Source: Rothia sp. (in: high G+C Gram-positive bacteria) (GTDB lineage Bacteria; Actinomycetota; Actinomycetes; Actinomycetales; Micrococcaceae). From it: a stretch of DNA of 64,000 bases. This document shows, in pieces, positions 8,953 through 19,907 of this stretch. The notes under the pieces were generated by a model, which was not told where the DNA came from, did no database searches, and saw nothing but the letters and a program-made list of their open reading frames with translations. A program made the position numbers and the translations under genes. Position 1 is the stretch's first letter; each line of letters begins with the position of its first letter. The DNA lies in NCBI GenBank assembly GCA_043424895.1, contig JBHWPN010000093.1, forward strand, positions 2,832-66,831, in the 5' to 3' direction.

Positions 8953-11900
8953 TAGTAGGTTACCTCCTGCTTACGACGGCGAATGACTGAAACGATATCT
9001 CGCTGGTTACCGGTGGGGCCCAGGTAGTTGAAGGCGTATGCCAAGTGGGCGTAACCACCGATAAGGTGGGTGGGCTTGACCAGGATGCGGGTGACGGAGT
9101 TGTGAATACCGCCGCGTTTACCCGTGGTCTCGGACTTAGGAATGTCAACCAAGCGTTCCTGTGCGTGGTGCACGTAAACAACGCCCTGCGGCAGACGGTG
9201 CGAAACGATCGCGCGTCCAACAAAGACACCGTTATCGTTAATGCACTCAATCCAGTCGTTGTCCTTAACACCGATGCGTTCGGCGTCCTGGGGTGAGAGC
9301 CATGCGTGCGAACCACCGCGAGATAGCGCAAGCATGTACAGGTTGTCATGGTATGAGGAGTGGATAGACCACTTGTTGTGCGGGGTCATGTAACGAACCG
9401 CGATGGTGACCTCATCCGTCTGCTCGCCCAGCACAGGGGCACCAAAGAGCTGGTGCATATCAAGCGGCGGACGGTAAGTCGGCATCTGCTCACCCATCTC
9501 GCTCATCCAGTCGTGGTCCAAGAAGAAGTGCATACGACCGGTAAGAGTGTGGAAAGGCTTGAGTTGCTCGATGTTCAGGGTGAACGGTGCATAGCGACGA
9601 CCACCGGTTTCTGAACCTGACCACTCTGGGGATGTAAACACGGGGCAGGGGCGATCTTGCGTATCACGGAAAGTGATTCGCTTTTCTTCGTTGCCCTCAG
9701 CCAAGTGTACGAACTTCTTGCCAACTCGTTTTTCAAGCTGCTTGAAGCCTTCGATTGCAACCGGACCGTTGGAGGTACCGGAGAGAGCCAAGATGGTATC
9801 CACCAGCTTCTCCACGGTGTCTAGGGCAGGAAGCCCCTGTCCCTTACCGGAGTTCATAACGCCGTGTTCCTCAGCCAATTTCTTAAGCTGCGGGTTCACA
9901 TCGACAGTCACTGCCTTCGTGGTAGTACCCAGCTTAGACATGAGAGGGCCAACCGAGGTGTACATGTCGTACAGTGCCGGGTAGTCACGCTCTACAACGG
10001 TGAAAATCGGCATGTTCTTGCCAGGTACACCCTTGATGCCCTGATTTTTCCAGTCGGGTGCGTGACCACCGGGCTGAGCAATCTGACCGGGAGTATCATG
10101 CTGCAGTGGTACCGAAACCATGTCCTTGCGAGCACCTAGGTGCTTTGCAGCAAGCTTTGAGAAGACGTATGCCAGCTCCTTGAAGGTCTGGTAGTCAGTC
10201 TTCGCTTCCCACGGCGGGTCAATCGCCGGGGTGAACGCATGGATATAGGGGTGCATATCGGTAGATGAGATATCAAATTTCTCATACCAAGTTGCCGTCG
10301 GGAAGACGATATCAGAAGACAGGGTGGATGAAGTCATGCGGAAGTCCGCGGTGACCAGCAGATCCAATTTGCCTTCGGGTGCAACTTCATTCCACTTAAC
10401 TTCGCGCGGGTGAATCTCTGAATCTCCATTGCCCAGCACGTTATTGTGGGTACCCAACAGGTGCTTGAGGAAGTACTCTTCGCCCTTTGCAGATGAACCC
10501 AGCAAGTTGTTACGCCACAGCATCAAAGTGCGTGGCCAGTTGACGGGGTTATCTACGTCCTCGACAGAGAACTCGAGATCGCCAGAATTCAAGCGGTCTG
10601 CAACGTAGGATGCAGGGTTTTCAACCGCACCCGCGTCAACAGCAGCAGCTGCCTTATCTGCCAGATCCAGTGAGTTTTCGGGGAACTGAGGATAGAAAGG
10701 CATCCAACCCATACGTGCGCTTCGCGCCACAATATCGGCGGTGTGAACACCCTTCAGCTCACCCTTAGCCAGTGGTGACTGAACGGAATCTGATGAGTAA
10801 CCGTCCTTGCGCCACTGATCGGTGTGCATGAACCAGAAAGAAGTACCCGCCTGCGTACGAGGAGGACGTACCCAGTCCAAAGCATTTGCCATGTGTGCCC
10901 AACCAGTAATGGGGCGAGCCTTTTCCTGACCCACGTAGTGCGCCCAACCGCCGCCATTGCGACCTTCACAGCCACACATCATAAGCAGTGCAAGAATTGC
11001 ACGGTAGGTAGCATCACCGTGGTACCACTGACAGATGCCAGCACCAAGAATCACCATGGAACGACCCTTAGAGTCGATGGAGTTCTGGGCAAATTCACGA
11101 GCTACGCGAATGACAGCTTCAGCCGGAACAGAAGTGATTTCTTCCTGCCATGCGGGGGTGTACTGTGCCTCAACGTCGTCCAGACCCTTAGACCAATCAC
11201 CGGGTAGACCGGGGCGTCCGATGCTGTACTGAGCCAACATGAGATCAAATACGGTAGTGACTTCCATGCCCTCAACGTTGATAGTGGGCACGCCGCGTGA
11301 AACCACGTAGCCATCACCGTTAGGAGTATCGAAGGCAGGCATCTTGATCTCAGCAACGCCGGTTGCTCCACCGGGAACGTCATTGATTGACAGAGCAGGC
11401 TTAACACCGTTGAGATCCAGGTTCCATTTACCCATGTCCTGCTCGTTATAGCGGTGGCCCATGGTGCCGTTAGGAATGAAGACTTCACCGTTCTCACGGT
11501 TAATCAAAGCAGTCTTGAAGTCAGCATCTGCCTGACCTTCTCCAATAGAAAGATCGGATGCTTTCACAAACTTGTGAGGAACCTTCACGCCGTCTTCACG
11601 GGTTTCAAGACGAACCAAGAAGGGGAAGTCGGTGTAGGTAGTGACGTAGTCTTCGAAGAATTCTACGCGCTGATCCACGAAGTTTTCTTTGAGAATGACG
11701 TGACCCATCGCCATTGCAAGTGCGGCGTCAGTACCAGGCTGAGCAGGTAGCCACTCATCGGCGAACTTGGTGTTATCAGCGTAGTCAGGTGAAACAGTGA
11801 CAACCTTAGTACCGCGGTAGCGAACCTCAGCCATCCAGTGCGCATCAGGAGTACGCGTGACAGGAATGTTTGAACCCCACATCATGAGGTAGGTAGCATC

Positions 11901-12674
11901 CCACCAGTCACCGGATTCACGAACGTCAGTCTGATCGCCAAATACCTGCGGGGATGCGACGGGAAGATCTGCATACCAGTCATAGAAGGAGGTCATGACG
12001 CCGCCGATCAGCTCAATGTAGCGAGCACCGGAGGCGTGAGATGCCATGGATTTAGCAGGAATGGGCGAGAAGCCAATATTGCGGTCAGGACCGTAGGTGC
12101 GGATGGTATGAATCTGTGATGCAGCTACGATTTCAAGCGCTTCGGTCCAGGTTGCACGCACCAGACCACCCTTACCACGGGCACTGGTGTAGCGACGACG
12201 CTTTTCAGGGTCAGTAACAATGGATTCCCAAGCATCAACGGGATCACCCAAGCGAGCTTTAGCTTCGCGGTACATCTCCAGCAAAGGACCACGGATGTAG
12301 GGGTACTTTACGCGGGTGGGTGAATAGGTATACCACGAGAAAGCTGCACCGCGGGGGCAACCGCGGGGCTCGTACTCGGGACGGTCAGAGCCAACAGTTG
12401 GGTAGTCAGTTGCCTGAGCCTCCCAGGTAATGACGCCGTCTTTGACGAAGACCTGCCAGGAGCAGGAGCCGGTGCAGTTCACACCGTGGGTTGAGCGAAC
12501 AACTTTGTCATAGCTCCAACGGTCACGGTAGAAAACATCGCCCTTACGTCCACCGGTGCGGTAGACAGTACGATTGTCTCCTGATTCGTCCCATTTGGAG
12601 AAGAACTTGCCAAATTTGATGAGGCGGTCCGAAATCGGGCCGTCCGGTCCGGGTGCGTGGGAAGTCTGAGTCAT
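8952..12674 (-). CDS. narG: Respiratory nitrate reductase alpha subunit
   Basis: 1240 aa with RSTHGVNCTGSC, PRGCPRGA and SFYDWYADLP motifs. Confidence 0.98.
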   Translation of the reverse strand: MTQTSHAPGPDGPISDRLIKFGKFFSKWDESGDNRTVYRTGGRKGDVFYRDRWSYDKVVRSTHGVNCTGSCSWQVFVKDGVITWEAQATDYPTVGSDRPEYEPRGCPRGAAFSWYTYSPTRVKYPYIRGPLLEMYREAKARLGDPVDAWESIVTDPEKRRRYTSARGKGGLVRATWTEALEIVAASQIHTIRTYGPDRNIGFSPIPAKSMASHASGARYIELIGGVMTSFYDWYADLPVASPQVFGDQTDVRESGDWWDATYLMMWGSNIPVTRTPDAHWMAEVRYRGTKVVTVSPDYADNTKFADEWLPAQPGTDAALAMAMGHVILKENFVDQRVEFFEDYVTTYTDFPFLVRLETREDGVKVPHKFVKASDLSIGEGQADADFKTALINRENGEVFIPNGTMGHRYNEQDMGKWNLDLNGVKPALSINDVPGGATGVAEIKMPAFDTPNGDGYVVSRGVPTINVEGMEVTTVFDLMLAQYSIGRPGLPGDWSKGLDDVEAQYTPAWQEEITSVPAEAVIRVAREFAQNSIDSKGRSMVILGAGICQWYHGDATYRAILALLMMCGCEGRNGGGWAHYVGQEKARPITGWAHMANALDWVRPPRTQAGTSFWFMHTDQWRKDGYSSDSVQSPLAKGELKGVHTADIVARSARMGWMPFYPQFPENSLDLADKAAAAVDAGAVENPASYVADRLNSGDLEFSVEDVDNPVNWPRTLMLWRNNLLGSSAKGEEYFLKHLLGTHNNVLGNGDSEIHPREVKWNEVAPEGKLDLLVTADFRMTSSTLSSDIVFPTATWYEKFDISSTDMHPYIHAFTPAIDPPWEAKTDYQTFKELAYVFSKLAAKHLGARKDMVSVPLQHDTPGQIAQPGGHAPDWKNQGIKGVPGKNMPIFTVVERDYPALYDMYTSVGPLMSKLGTTTKAVTVDVNPQLKKLAEEHGVMNSGKGQGLPALDTVEKLVDTILALSGTSNGPVAIEGFKQLEKRVGKKFVHLAEGNEEKRITFRDTQDRPCPVFTSPEWSGSETGGRRYAPFTLNIEQLKPFHTLTGRMHFFLDHDWMSEMGEQMPTYRPPLDMHQLFGAPVLGEQTDEVTIAVRYMTPHNKWSIHSSYHDNLYMLALSRGGSHAWLSPQDAERIGVKDNDWIECINDNGVFVGRAIVSHRLPQGVVYVHHAQERLVDIPKSETTGKRGGIHNSVTRILVKPTHLIGGYAHLAYAFNYLGPTGNQRDIVSVIRRRKQEVTY

Positions 12675-12750
12675 ACACTCTAGGATATAAGTTATTCAGT
12701 ATGATAAATACCAAATAAAAATATGACCTAATTCCCTAAAACTTTACAGT

Positions 12751-13950
12751 TCAAACTTTTTCGAACCAGGAGTTAATTCCACCTCGCAGAGAAAAAAACT
12801 GGCTATTGACAACCTCAGAAAGTAGATGTACAGCTTCCATAGAGCGCACTCCCCCGGCGCAGTACACCAATACCGGCATCGAGGTGTCCCCTATGCGCCC
12901 CGAGATATCGCCTTTCAACTGCCCAGCCTCTGATTTTGAACGAATTTCACTGAGTGCCCAGTGGTGCGATCCGGGGATACTCACTGCCTCATGCTCATGG
13001 CTTTCACGGACATCCAATAGATACATTGAACCTTCTGCAAGCGCTTGTTGCACCTGTTCAAAATCAACTTCTGCTACAGAATTTTCACCAGTGAGCTCTC
13101 CACCACTCTTTGAATTATGAATTTTTGTTACATCTTTCTCAAGCGGACTTTCAGACTGATTTGAACTTTCTTCTTCTACAGTGCTATAGGCTATCTCTAC
13201 TGCGGGGGTTTTCTCAGACTGAGCATGCAAGGGAATATACTCCCAGCGTCCTTCGAGCCCCGAGTAGTAACCAACTTCGCCCATCAAAGGAGTACCTACG
13301 CCGGTGAGCACTTTCAAGGTTTCTAAGGCCATAGAGGTACCCACCACGCCAGCTAACGCCCCTAAAACGCCAGCGGTAGCGCAATTAGGAACAGACCCCG
13401 GGGCAGGGGCCTGCGGATACAAATCTTCATAGACCGGGCCTCGTCCAGACCAGAACACACTCATCTGGGCATCAAAACCCAAAATTGCCCCCCACACGTG
13501 AGGGATGTTTAAGGTGCTGCACGCTGCCGAAGTTATGTATCGCGTGTCAAAATTATCGCTGCCGTCCAGCACAGCATCAGCCCCCGAAAGCGACGCAACT
13601 GCATTGTCTTCGGTCAGACGTTCTTTAAGAACATTGATGCGCACCGTTGGGTTAAGCGAGCGCATAGCAAGGGCTGCAGATTCTGCTTTGGAATTACCCG
13701 TGGACGCAAAAGTGTGGATAATCTGTCGATGCAGGTTAGAGACCTCGACTGTGTCATCATCAATGACGGTGATAGTTCCTACGCCTGCTGCCGCTAGGTA
13801 TAAAAGAGCCGGTGATCCAAGCCCACCTGCACCGATAACAGCAACATGAGATTCTTTCACAGCGTTTTGTGCCTTCGCTCCCCATTCAGGCAGGATGAGC
13901 TGACGCCTGTACAGCTGGATTTCGATGGAGCTTAAGTTTTCTACGCTCAT
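12751..13950 (-). CDS. moeB: Molybdopterin-synthase adenylyltransferase with C-terminal rhodanese domain (MoeB/MoeZ)
   Basis: GAGGLGSP and SNLHRQ ThiF/E1 motifs; C-terminal LLDVRE...YCAGGVRS rhodanese. The ATG overlaps the moaE stop (ATGA). Confidence 0.88.
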   Translation of the reverse strand: MSVENLSSIEIQLYRRQLILPEWGAKAQNAVKESHVAVIGAGGLGSPALLYLAAAGVGTITVIDDDTVEVSNLHRQIIHTFASTGNSKAESAALAMRSLNPTVRINVLKERLTEDNAVASLSGADAVLDGSDNFDTRYITSAACSTLNIPHVWGAILGFDAQMSVFWSGRGPVYEDLYPQAPAPGSVPNCATAGVLGALAGVVGTSMALETLKVLTGVGTPLMGEVGYYSGLEGRWEYIPLHAQSEKTPAVEIAYSTVEEESSNQSESPLEKDVTKIHNSKSGGELTGENSVAEVDFEQVQQALAEGSMYLLDVRESHEHEAVSIPGSHHWALSEIRSKSEAGQLKGDISGRIGDTSMPVLVYCAGGVRSMEAVHLLSEVVNSQFFSLRGGINSWFEKV

Positions 13951-14426
13951 GAATCTATGCCCACCCATTCAATGTCTCCAGAAGTAAGCGTCTGTTCTTT
14001 CCAAATAGGAACCTCGGCTTTGATGGTGTCTGCTACTTTTTCGCACACTTCAAACGCCAAACCACGATGCGCTGCGGCAACCATAACGGTGAGAGCGGAT
14101 TCTCCAATTGGAATCTCAGCAACACGGTGAACAGCAAGGATGCGAACGCCCTCTACCTGCTCTGCGATGGTAGCAACAACGCGGGCAAGAACCTCTTTAG
14201 AGGATGGGTGGTCCGAGTACGAAAGACCACGCACAGATTCGCCGTGATCGTGGTTGCGCACGACCCCGTCAAAGATAACAAGCCCGCCCATAGCCTCCGT
14301 CATGACCTCTGATCGCCACCGAGTAAAGAAGGGTTCTAGTGGTTCAGAAATAATGTCAGTGTGTACAACAACAGATTGTGCAGGTTCCGTTGAAGGGTAT
14401 TTTTCAAGGTGAGGATTAGTGATCAT
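13947..14426 (-). CDS. moaE: Molybdopterin synthase catalytic subunit
   Basis: FDGVVRNHD, AAAHR and KAEVPIWKEQ motifs. Confidence 0.92.
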   Translation of the reverse strand: MITNPHLEKYPSTEPAQSVVVHTDIISEPLEPFFTRWRSEVMTEAMGGLVIFDGVVRNHDHGESVRGLSYSDHPSSKEVLARVVATIAEQVEGVRILAVHRVAEIPIGESALTVMVAAAHRGLAFEVCEKVADTIKAEVPIWKEQTLTSGDIEWVGIDS

Positions 14427-14901
14427 GGTAGTCCTCCATTTGACGCAGAATATGACTCAAAATTGGCTCAAGCGTATCGACGCCGTCGCGCACTCCCCCG
14501 CGAGAACCAGGCAGAGTCATAACAAAAGTTCTATCAATGACGCCGGCTATGCCGCGAGAGAGAACTGCGGCGGGAGTGTTCTGCAAACCGCGCGTCCAAA
14601 AAGCATGCATGATGCCAGGAATTTCTTTATCTACATACTTGCGGACGGCTTCAACAGTGCGATCATCTGAGTTCAGTCCGGTGCCGCCGGAAGTCAAAAT
14701 GATAGTGGGCAGCTTTCCGCCTTCGACTAACTGTGTGAAGTAGGCTGGAAAGTCGTTGTCAGCTACGATGACGGCCTCAGGAGTTTCAAAACCTTGCTCG
14801 CGAAGCCAGTTCACCGCGATAGGCCCCGATTTATCTTCGTAAATACCTTTAGCCGCGCGGGTGGATGCGACGATTACTAAAGCAGTACCAAGCGTCGTCA
14901 T
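14416..14901 (-). CDS. Molybdopterin adenylyltransferase (MogA/MoaB family)
   Basis: DKSGP, TSGGTG..DRT and TLPGSRGG motifs. Confidence 0.88.
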   Translation of the reverse strand: MTTLGTALVIVASTRAAKGIYEDKSGPIAVNWLREQGFETPEAVIVADNDFPAYFTQLVEGGKLPTIILTSGGTGLNSDDRTVEAVRKYVDKEIPGIMHAFWTRGLQNTPAAVLSRGIAGVIDRTFVMTLPGSRGGVRDGVDTLEPILSHILRQMEDYHDH

Positions 14902-15402
14902 TTATTTACCTTCGTTCGCAGGCTGATTGGATACTGACCAATCCCCCGATTTACCGCCCGATTTTTCAAGCACGCGGATGCCATTGATAACAGCGTACTT
15001 GTCCACAGCCTTAATCATGTCAAACACAGTCAAAGTGGCAGTTGAAACAGCGGTGAGAGCTTCCATCTCTACACCTGTAACCCCGCGAGTTTTCACCGAA
15101 ACTTCAACGCGTACATAGTTATCCCCGCGGTCAAAATCCACGGTAATCTTACCCAACGGCAGCGGGTGGCACAGCGGAATAATATCGGGAGTTTTCTTAG
15201 CACCCATGATCGCAGCCACGCGCGCTATGGGAAGTGCATCACCCTTTGGTAAATCAGCATCAAAAATCTTTTCAATGACATCGGGACGCGTGTAGACGTA
15301 GCCTTCTGCAATCGCCTCTCTAGTTGTCACTGATTTTTCTGTTACATCTACCATGTGCGCGCTACCGTCTGCACGAACGTGGGTGAGGTTTTCCGAAGTC
15401 AT
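14902..15402 (-). CDS. moaC: Cyclic pyranopterin monophosphate synthase
   Basis: HMVDV, IIPLCHP, GVEMEALT and KSGGKSG motifs. Confidence 0.96.
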   Translation of the reverse strand: MTSENLTHVRADGSAHMVDVTEKSVTTREAIAEGYVYTRPDVIEKIFDADLPKGDALPIARVAAIMGAKKTPDIIPLCHPLPLGKITVDFDRGDNYVRVEVSVKTRGVTGVEMEALTAVSTATLTVFDMIKAVDKYAVINGIRVLEKSGGKSGDWSVSNQPANEGK

Positions 15403-15453
15403 CTTAGATCTTTCGTCGGGTCTTTAGGGTGTGAGAAGTTCAAAATTCGATAC

Positions 15454-16791
15454 TTACGCTTTCGGTAAGTACCAGATACGTACGAGATCGTTATTTTTAT
15501 ATTCGCCGCCGGGTTCTAGCTCAATCAGACTGTTCGAAGCGGATGCGGCGTGTAAGAGGTGGGAGCCAGCTCCTCCGTTTATCTTTGTCAGCACGGTGAC
15601 CGTCCCATCTGCTGATAGACGTAACTCTGTATTCCCGCGTCTGAACTGGGTCTTAGAACCCAGTCCTTTTACCGTAGCAGTCGTTTGAAGTTGAGCAACC
15701 ATGGGTCGAATATCTAGTCCCAGAGCATACGTCTCATTGAGGGCTGCCCGAACGATAGTTGTATACGTAACAAGCGTACTGACGGGGTTGCCGGGAAGAG
15801 AAATAACCGGGATGCTCTGATCTGTCGTATAAAGAACACTGACTCCCTGAGGTCCTCCGGGCTGCTGGCTAATATGCCCGAACCAGCACTCTGCTTTTTC
15901 AGCGCTCGCTAAAGCAGTCAGTGCATTTCGCACTACCTCGTAGCGTCCTGCACTAATTCCACCGCAGGTAAAAATTATATCCGGTGAGTGCTCCAGTACA
16001 TCGGAGAATAAAATCTCTTGAAACTGTAGAGCATCATCGGTGATACGACGAGAAATAACATTGGTCATTTTGTCCGCAGCCAGCATCCCTACCACCAGCG
16101 GGGCGTTGGCATCGTAAATTTTGCCGGCTTGCAAGTGAACACTTGCGTCTTGCACTTCTTCACCCCCGGTATACAGCAGGATTTTAGGACGCGAGCGCAC
16201 GGGGATATCGCTCATGCCCTGACCAGCTAGTACTCCGAGGTGGGCAGGTTGAACAACGGTGTCTTCCTCCACTAATTGAGTGCCCACCGCGATATCTTCG
16301 CCGATGGTACGCACAAAAGCACCGGGTTGCGTCTGCGGGAGGAACACGCGTCCACCCTCAGCTACAAAACCCTGAGCATCTGTTGAGGAATCTACAGCGT
16401 GTGATTGCTCTACGGGCACAACCGCAGAAAACCCGGCTGGCACCGGAGCGCCCGTCATAATCGGATGCGCCACGTAATCGTTCGGTGTTACTTTTCCCTG
16501 ATACCCGGCCGGGATATCGTGCCCTACCAAAAACTCTCGTTTTTGTGCTTGGGCCGCTACCGCAGTTATTACGTACCCGTCCATTTGCGAGTTATCGAAA
16601 GCAGGCGAGTTCGCAAAAGCGTGGATAGGTTCTGCTACCGTTCGCCCCAGAGCTTTGTGCAAGTCCACCAGTTCCGTAGAAGAACCGGCGTAGTGGGGTA
16701 AAAGACTAGCGATGCGCTCGGCGTAATCGGCAGGAGAATAATCGTGAGCAGAAAATAACTGTGTGAACTTAGATGTTTTTTTATGCATCAC
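15454..16791 (-). CDS. moeA: Molybdopterin molybdotransferase MoeA (paralog 1)
   Basis: PAFDNSQMDGY, IMTGAPVP, GGISAG and LPGNPVS motifs. Confidence 0.9.
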   Translation of the reverse strand: MMHKKTSKFTQLFSAHDYSPADYAERIASLLPHYAGSSTELVDLHKALGRTVAEPIHAFANSPAFDNSQMDGYVITAVAAQAQKREFLVGHDIPAGYQGKVTPNDYVAHPIMTGAPVPAGFSAVVPVEQSHAVDSSTDAQGFVAEGGRVFLPQTQPGAFVRTIGEDIAVGTQLVEEDTVVQPAHLGVLAGQGMSDIPVRSRPKILLYTGGEEVQDASVHLQAGKIYDANAPLVVGMLAADKMTNVISRRITDDALQFQEILFSDVLEHSPDIIFTCGGISAGRYEVVRNALTALASAEKAECWFGHISQQPGGPQGVSVLYTTDQSIPVISLPGNPVSTLVTYTTIVRAALNETYALGLDIRPMVAQLQTTATVKGLGSKTQFRRGNTELRLSADGTVTVLTKINGGAGSHLLHAASASNSLIELEPGGEYKNNDLVRIWYLPKA

Positions 16792-17615
16792 GATCCCTTC
16801 TTTCGCACTATTAAGGTTAGTGCAAAAAAGCCGATGAGTATCAGGTAAATCGCTATCATCACCAGGGCGCTACCTAAAGCTCCTGCACTGTCACTGGACG
16901 ATAGCATCAGCTCAATGTTAAGAGGTAGGGTGCGGGTTCTACCCTCTAGATTTCCTGCGAACATCAGGGTTGCTCCGTATTCACCCAGCGCTCGCGCAAA
17001 ACTCATTAAGGCGGCAGTGGCAAGTCCGAACCCAGTAACCGGCAACAGCACCCGGAACGTAATGTCATAGGGGCTCGCGCCTTCGGTCAGAGCTATTTCT
17101 TCAAACTCCACCGGAACAGTCCTCAGCACATTCACATAGGTAGCAACGAAAAAGGGAAGGGCTACAAAAACTTGAGCCAAAACTACGGCAGTCGGAGTAA
17201 AGGTAATGGGGATTCCTGCCCCGTTGAGCCACTGCCCCACCAGCCCTTTTCGCCCCCAAAAATAAACCAGGGCTAAGCCCGAAACCACGGGTGAAAGCAC
17301 AACCGGGGCATAGATCAAAGCGTAAAGAGCGTTGCTGATTGTTGCCCATCGGCTTCTAGGAAGCACGCGAGCCAGCAATAGCGCCAGGGGAACTCCCAAA
17401 ATTATGCATACGAGTGTTGAGGCTGTTGCCGTTTTAATTGAGAGTATCGACGCCTGTTGCACCTGCGGATTAGACACAAGTTCAGATAACTGTCCCCACG
17501 GAATCGCGAGCGCAAGCCCCACGAAAGGACCCATCGTTAGGCACACGCCAAGAGCCGCGGCACAATAAAACCACCGCGGGACTAAAGAATGAACATGTCT
17601 AAACGCTACAGACAA
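16788..17615 (-). CDS. modB: Molybdate ABC transporter permease
   Basis: PVVLSPVVSG, FVALPF and FARALGEYGAT motifs; follows modA. TTG start is uncertain. Confidence 0.88.
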   Translation of the reverse strand: MSVAFRHVHSLVPRWFYCAAALGVCLTMGPFVGLALAIPWGQLSELVSNPQVQQASILSIKTATASTLVCIILGVPLALLLARVLPRSRWATISNALYALIYAPVVLSPVVSGLALVYFWGRKGLVGQWLNGAGIPITFTPTAVVLAQVFVALPFFVATYVNVLRTVPVEFEEIALTEGASPYDITFRVLLPVTGFGLATAALMSFARALGEYGATLMFAGNLEGRTRTLPLNIELMLSSSDSAGALGSALVMIAIYLILIGFFALTLIVRKKGS

Positions 17616-18407
17616 TTACTGAGCCTTATCGAAACCGTACTTTTCCAAGACTGATTGAGCTTCGGCTGTATTGAGCCACTGCGCAAAATCGGTAGCTGCG
17701 TTATTTGATTCTCCCTGCGAAGTCAGTGCCAGGGGGTACTCGTTTGACGGTACATTTGCAAGATCTATCACCGTAGCATCTTGGATATTACGAGCATCCG
17801 TAGTGTAGATGAAACCTGCGTCCACCTCTCCATTGGCAATTTTGGTCGCTACCTTACTCACCGAGGTCTCTTCTGAGCGGACGGCAACACTCGCCCCTGC
17901 TTTTTCTAATGCTGTGGTAGCTAGGCGGCCACAAGGGACATCAGCAGCGCAGATACCGGTTACCACCTCTTCACGCTGTAAGTCCTTGACCGTTTGAATG
18001 TTCCTAGGGTTACCGGGAGCAGTTACTAGAACTAGCTGGTTTGTAGCGATAACCTCGGTATCTTTTTCCAGGGAGGTTACTTCGGCGCGAGCTTTTTCCA
18101 TAGCAGCCGCGTCCGCAGTAATAAGCACATCTGCAGGTGCGCCATCAGCTAGCTGGCGAACCAGCGTTGAACTACCTGCATAGTTAATCTGAAGATCAAC
18201 ATTGTGGGTTTCTTCATACTTTTTCTCTAGCTCATCTCCCGCAGCGTTGAGGGAGGCAGCTGCAAAAACTACCACGGTGGTCTTATCGGAGGACGGGTTC
18301 GACGAAGAACCCGGAGCGTGTTCCGCCTGAATAGTTGCTTGAGAACAGCTTGTCAACACCACTCCAGAAAGAGCGGCTGCAGCTCCAAGAACAACTTTTT
18401 TATTCAT
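17616..18407 (-). CDS. modA: Molybdate ABC transporter substrate-binding lipoprotein
   Basis: Lipobox LTSC; FAAASL, YAGSSTL, VPCG and GEVDAGFIYTTD motifs. Confidence 0.92.
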   Translation of the reverse strand: MNKKVVLGAAAALSGVVLTSCSQATIQAEHAPGSSSNPSSDKTTVVVFAAASLNAAGDELEKKYEETHNVDLQINYAGSSTLVRQLADGAPADVLITADAAAMEKARAEVTSLEKDTEVIATNQLVLVTAPGNPRNIQTVKDLQREEVVTGICAADVPCGRLATTALEKAGASVAVRSEETSVSKVATKIANGEVDAGFIYTTDARNIQDATVIDLANVPSNEYPLALTSQGESNNAATDFAQWLNTAEAQSVLEKYGFDKAQ

Positions 18408-18534
18408 GACAGGCATTCCCCTTCGTAAGCAAACTTACATTTAGCGGCGCAGATGGTGTGTAAGCGCTAATTCAGCTAGTCTAAATATACCTACCATATG
18501 CAAATTTCCCTCTTTCTCCTGCAAAGGTGTGTGT

Positions 18535-19629
18535 ATGAACTCCGCCCCTCAACACCTCGGTGCAATAACTATGCCACCGCGCAATCGCCCCGATGCTGAA
18601 AAGGGCAAGTCTCAGCTAATTGACCAGTGGGGGCGAATCGCAACCGACTTGCGCATCTCGCTGATAGATAAGTGCAACTTACGCTGTACGTACTGCATGC
18701 CCGCAGAGGGTCTTAACTGGCTTCCGCAATCCAAACTCCTCACCGCCGATGAAGTGGTGCGCATAGCTCGTATCGGCATTGGAACCCTCGGGGTCGAAGA
18801 AATTCGGTTTACCGGTGGCGAACCTCTTGTGCGCGCCGATTTTCCTGCTATTCTCCGTCAAATCCGAGAAGAATTCCCCGACGTTCCCCTATCAGTTACT
18901 ACTAATGGATTAGGGCTAGAGAAAAAAATCGATGAACTCATCGACGCCGGTCTTACCCGCCTCAACGTCTCGATGGACACCATTTGCAAAGAAACCTTTG
19001 CAAAGCTCACCCGCCGAGACCGTCTCGATGATGTCATTAAAGGCATCGACTACGCAGCTTCTCGCGGTATTAAACCCATCAAAATCAATGCGGTATTGAT
19101 GCCCGGAGTCAACGATCACGAGGCTCCTGAGCTGGTGGACTGGGCATTAGGACGCGGTTACCAACTACGCTTTATCGAGCAGATGCCGCTGGATGCGGAC
19201 CACCAATGGGATCGCGATAACCTCATTACTGCCCACGATATTAAAGAGCAACTTTCTATCAAGTACGACCTTGCACCGCACCCTGCTCCGCGTAAGAGTT
19301 CGCCGGCGATGCTGTGGGATGTTCATCCAAAGGGCAGCACGGAGGTTCTGGGGCAGATTGGCATTATTGCTTCTGTTACTGAGCCATTTTGTGCTGCTTG
19401 CACTCGCACCCGCATCACATCAGACGGTAAAGTGCGCAGTTGTCTTTTCTCGCTGACCGAAACCGACTTAATGGGTGCCATGCGTAGTGGAGCCTCCGAT
19501 GAAGAAGTAGCCGCTATCTGGAAAAATGCAATGTGGAATAAGCCGGCTGCTCACGGAAAAAACAGTGCCGGTTTTGAGGCTGAGGACTTTGTTCAGCCAG
19601 AACGCTCAATGAGCGCTATTGGAGGTTAA
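18535..19629 (+). CDS. moaA: GTP 3',8-cyclase (radical SAM)
   Basis: CNLRCTYC, FTGGEP, FCAACTRTR...C motifs and C-terminal MSAIGG. Confidence 0.96.
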   Translation: MNSAPQHLGAITMPPRNRPDAEKGKSQLIDQWGRIATDLRISLIDKCNLRCTYCMPAEGLNWLPQSKLLTADEVVRIARIGIGTLGVEEIRFTGGEPLVRADFPAILRQIREEFPDVPLSVTTNGLGLEKKIDELIDAGLTRLNVSMDTICKETFAKLTRRDRLDDVIKGIDYAASRGIKPIKINAVLMPGVNDHEAPELVDWALGRGYQLRFIEQMPLDADHQWDRDNLITAHDIKEQLSIKYDLAPHPAPRKSSPAMLWDVHPKGSTEVLGQIGIIASVTEPFCAACTRTRITSDGKVRSCLFSLTETDLMGAMRSGASDEEVAAIWKNAMWNKPAAHGKNSAGFEAEDFVQPERSMSAIGG

Positions 19630-19630
19630 C

Positions 19631-19900
19631 ATGGACGTTCATTTCTTCGCAGCTGCCCGCGCTGCTGCCGGTACTTCACAAACAACAATAAATCCCGACC
19701 AGCTCTCCCAGCCCACTCTTGGTGCTCTCGTGAATGTTCTGGGAGAAGAATTTGAAGGCAAAAATACCGGTGCAATGGGTCTTGCCGACGTCCTCACGCG
19801 TTGTTCTTTTTTGATTGACGGCGTGAGCACTACTGATGCTGAGGCGTCTGTGCAGGGCGCCCAGCGAGTAGATGTACTCCCTCCTTTTGCCGGAGGTTAA
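19631..19900 (+). CDS. moaD: Molybdopterin synthase sulfur carrier
   Basis: Ubiquitin-like protein ending VLPPFAGG; GGAGG RBS before ATG 19631. Confidence 0.9.
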   Translation: MDVHFFAAARAAAGTSQTTINPDQLSQPTLGALVNVLGEEFEGKNTGAMGLADVLTRCSFLIDGVSTTDAEASVQGAQRVDVLPPFAGG

Positions 19901-19907
19901 ACTTTTC

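Noticed and set aside
13380..13445. MoeB lacking the Zn-binding CxxC motifs
   Set aside because: Actinobacterial MoeZ-type proteins commonly have a YxDLYP sequence here, so this is not evidence of inactivation.
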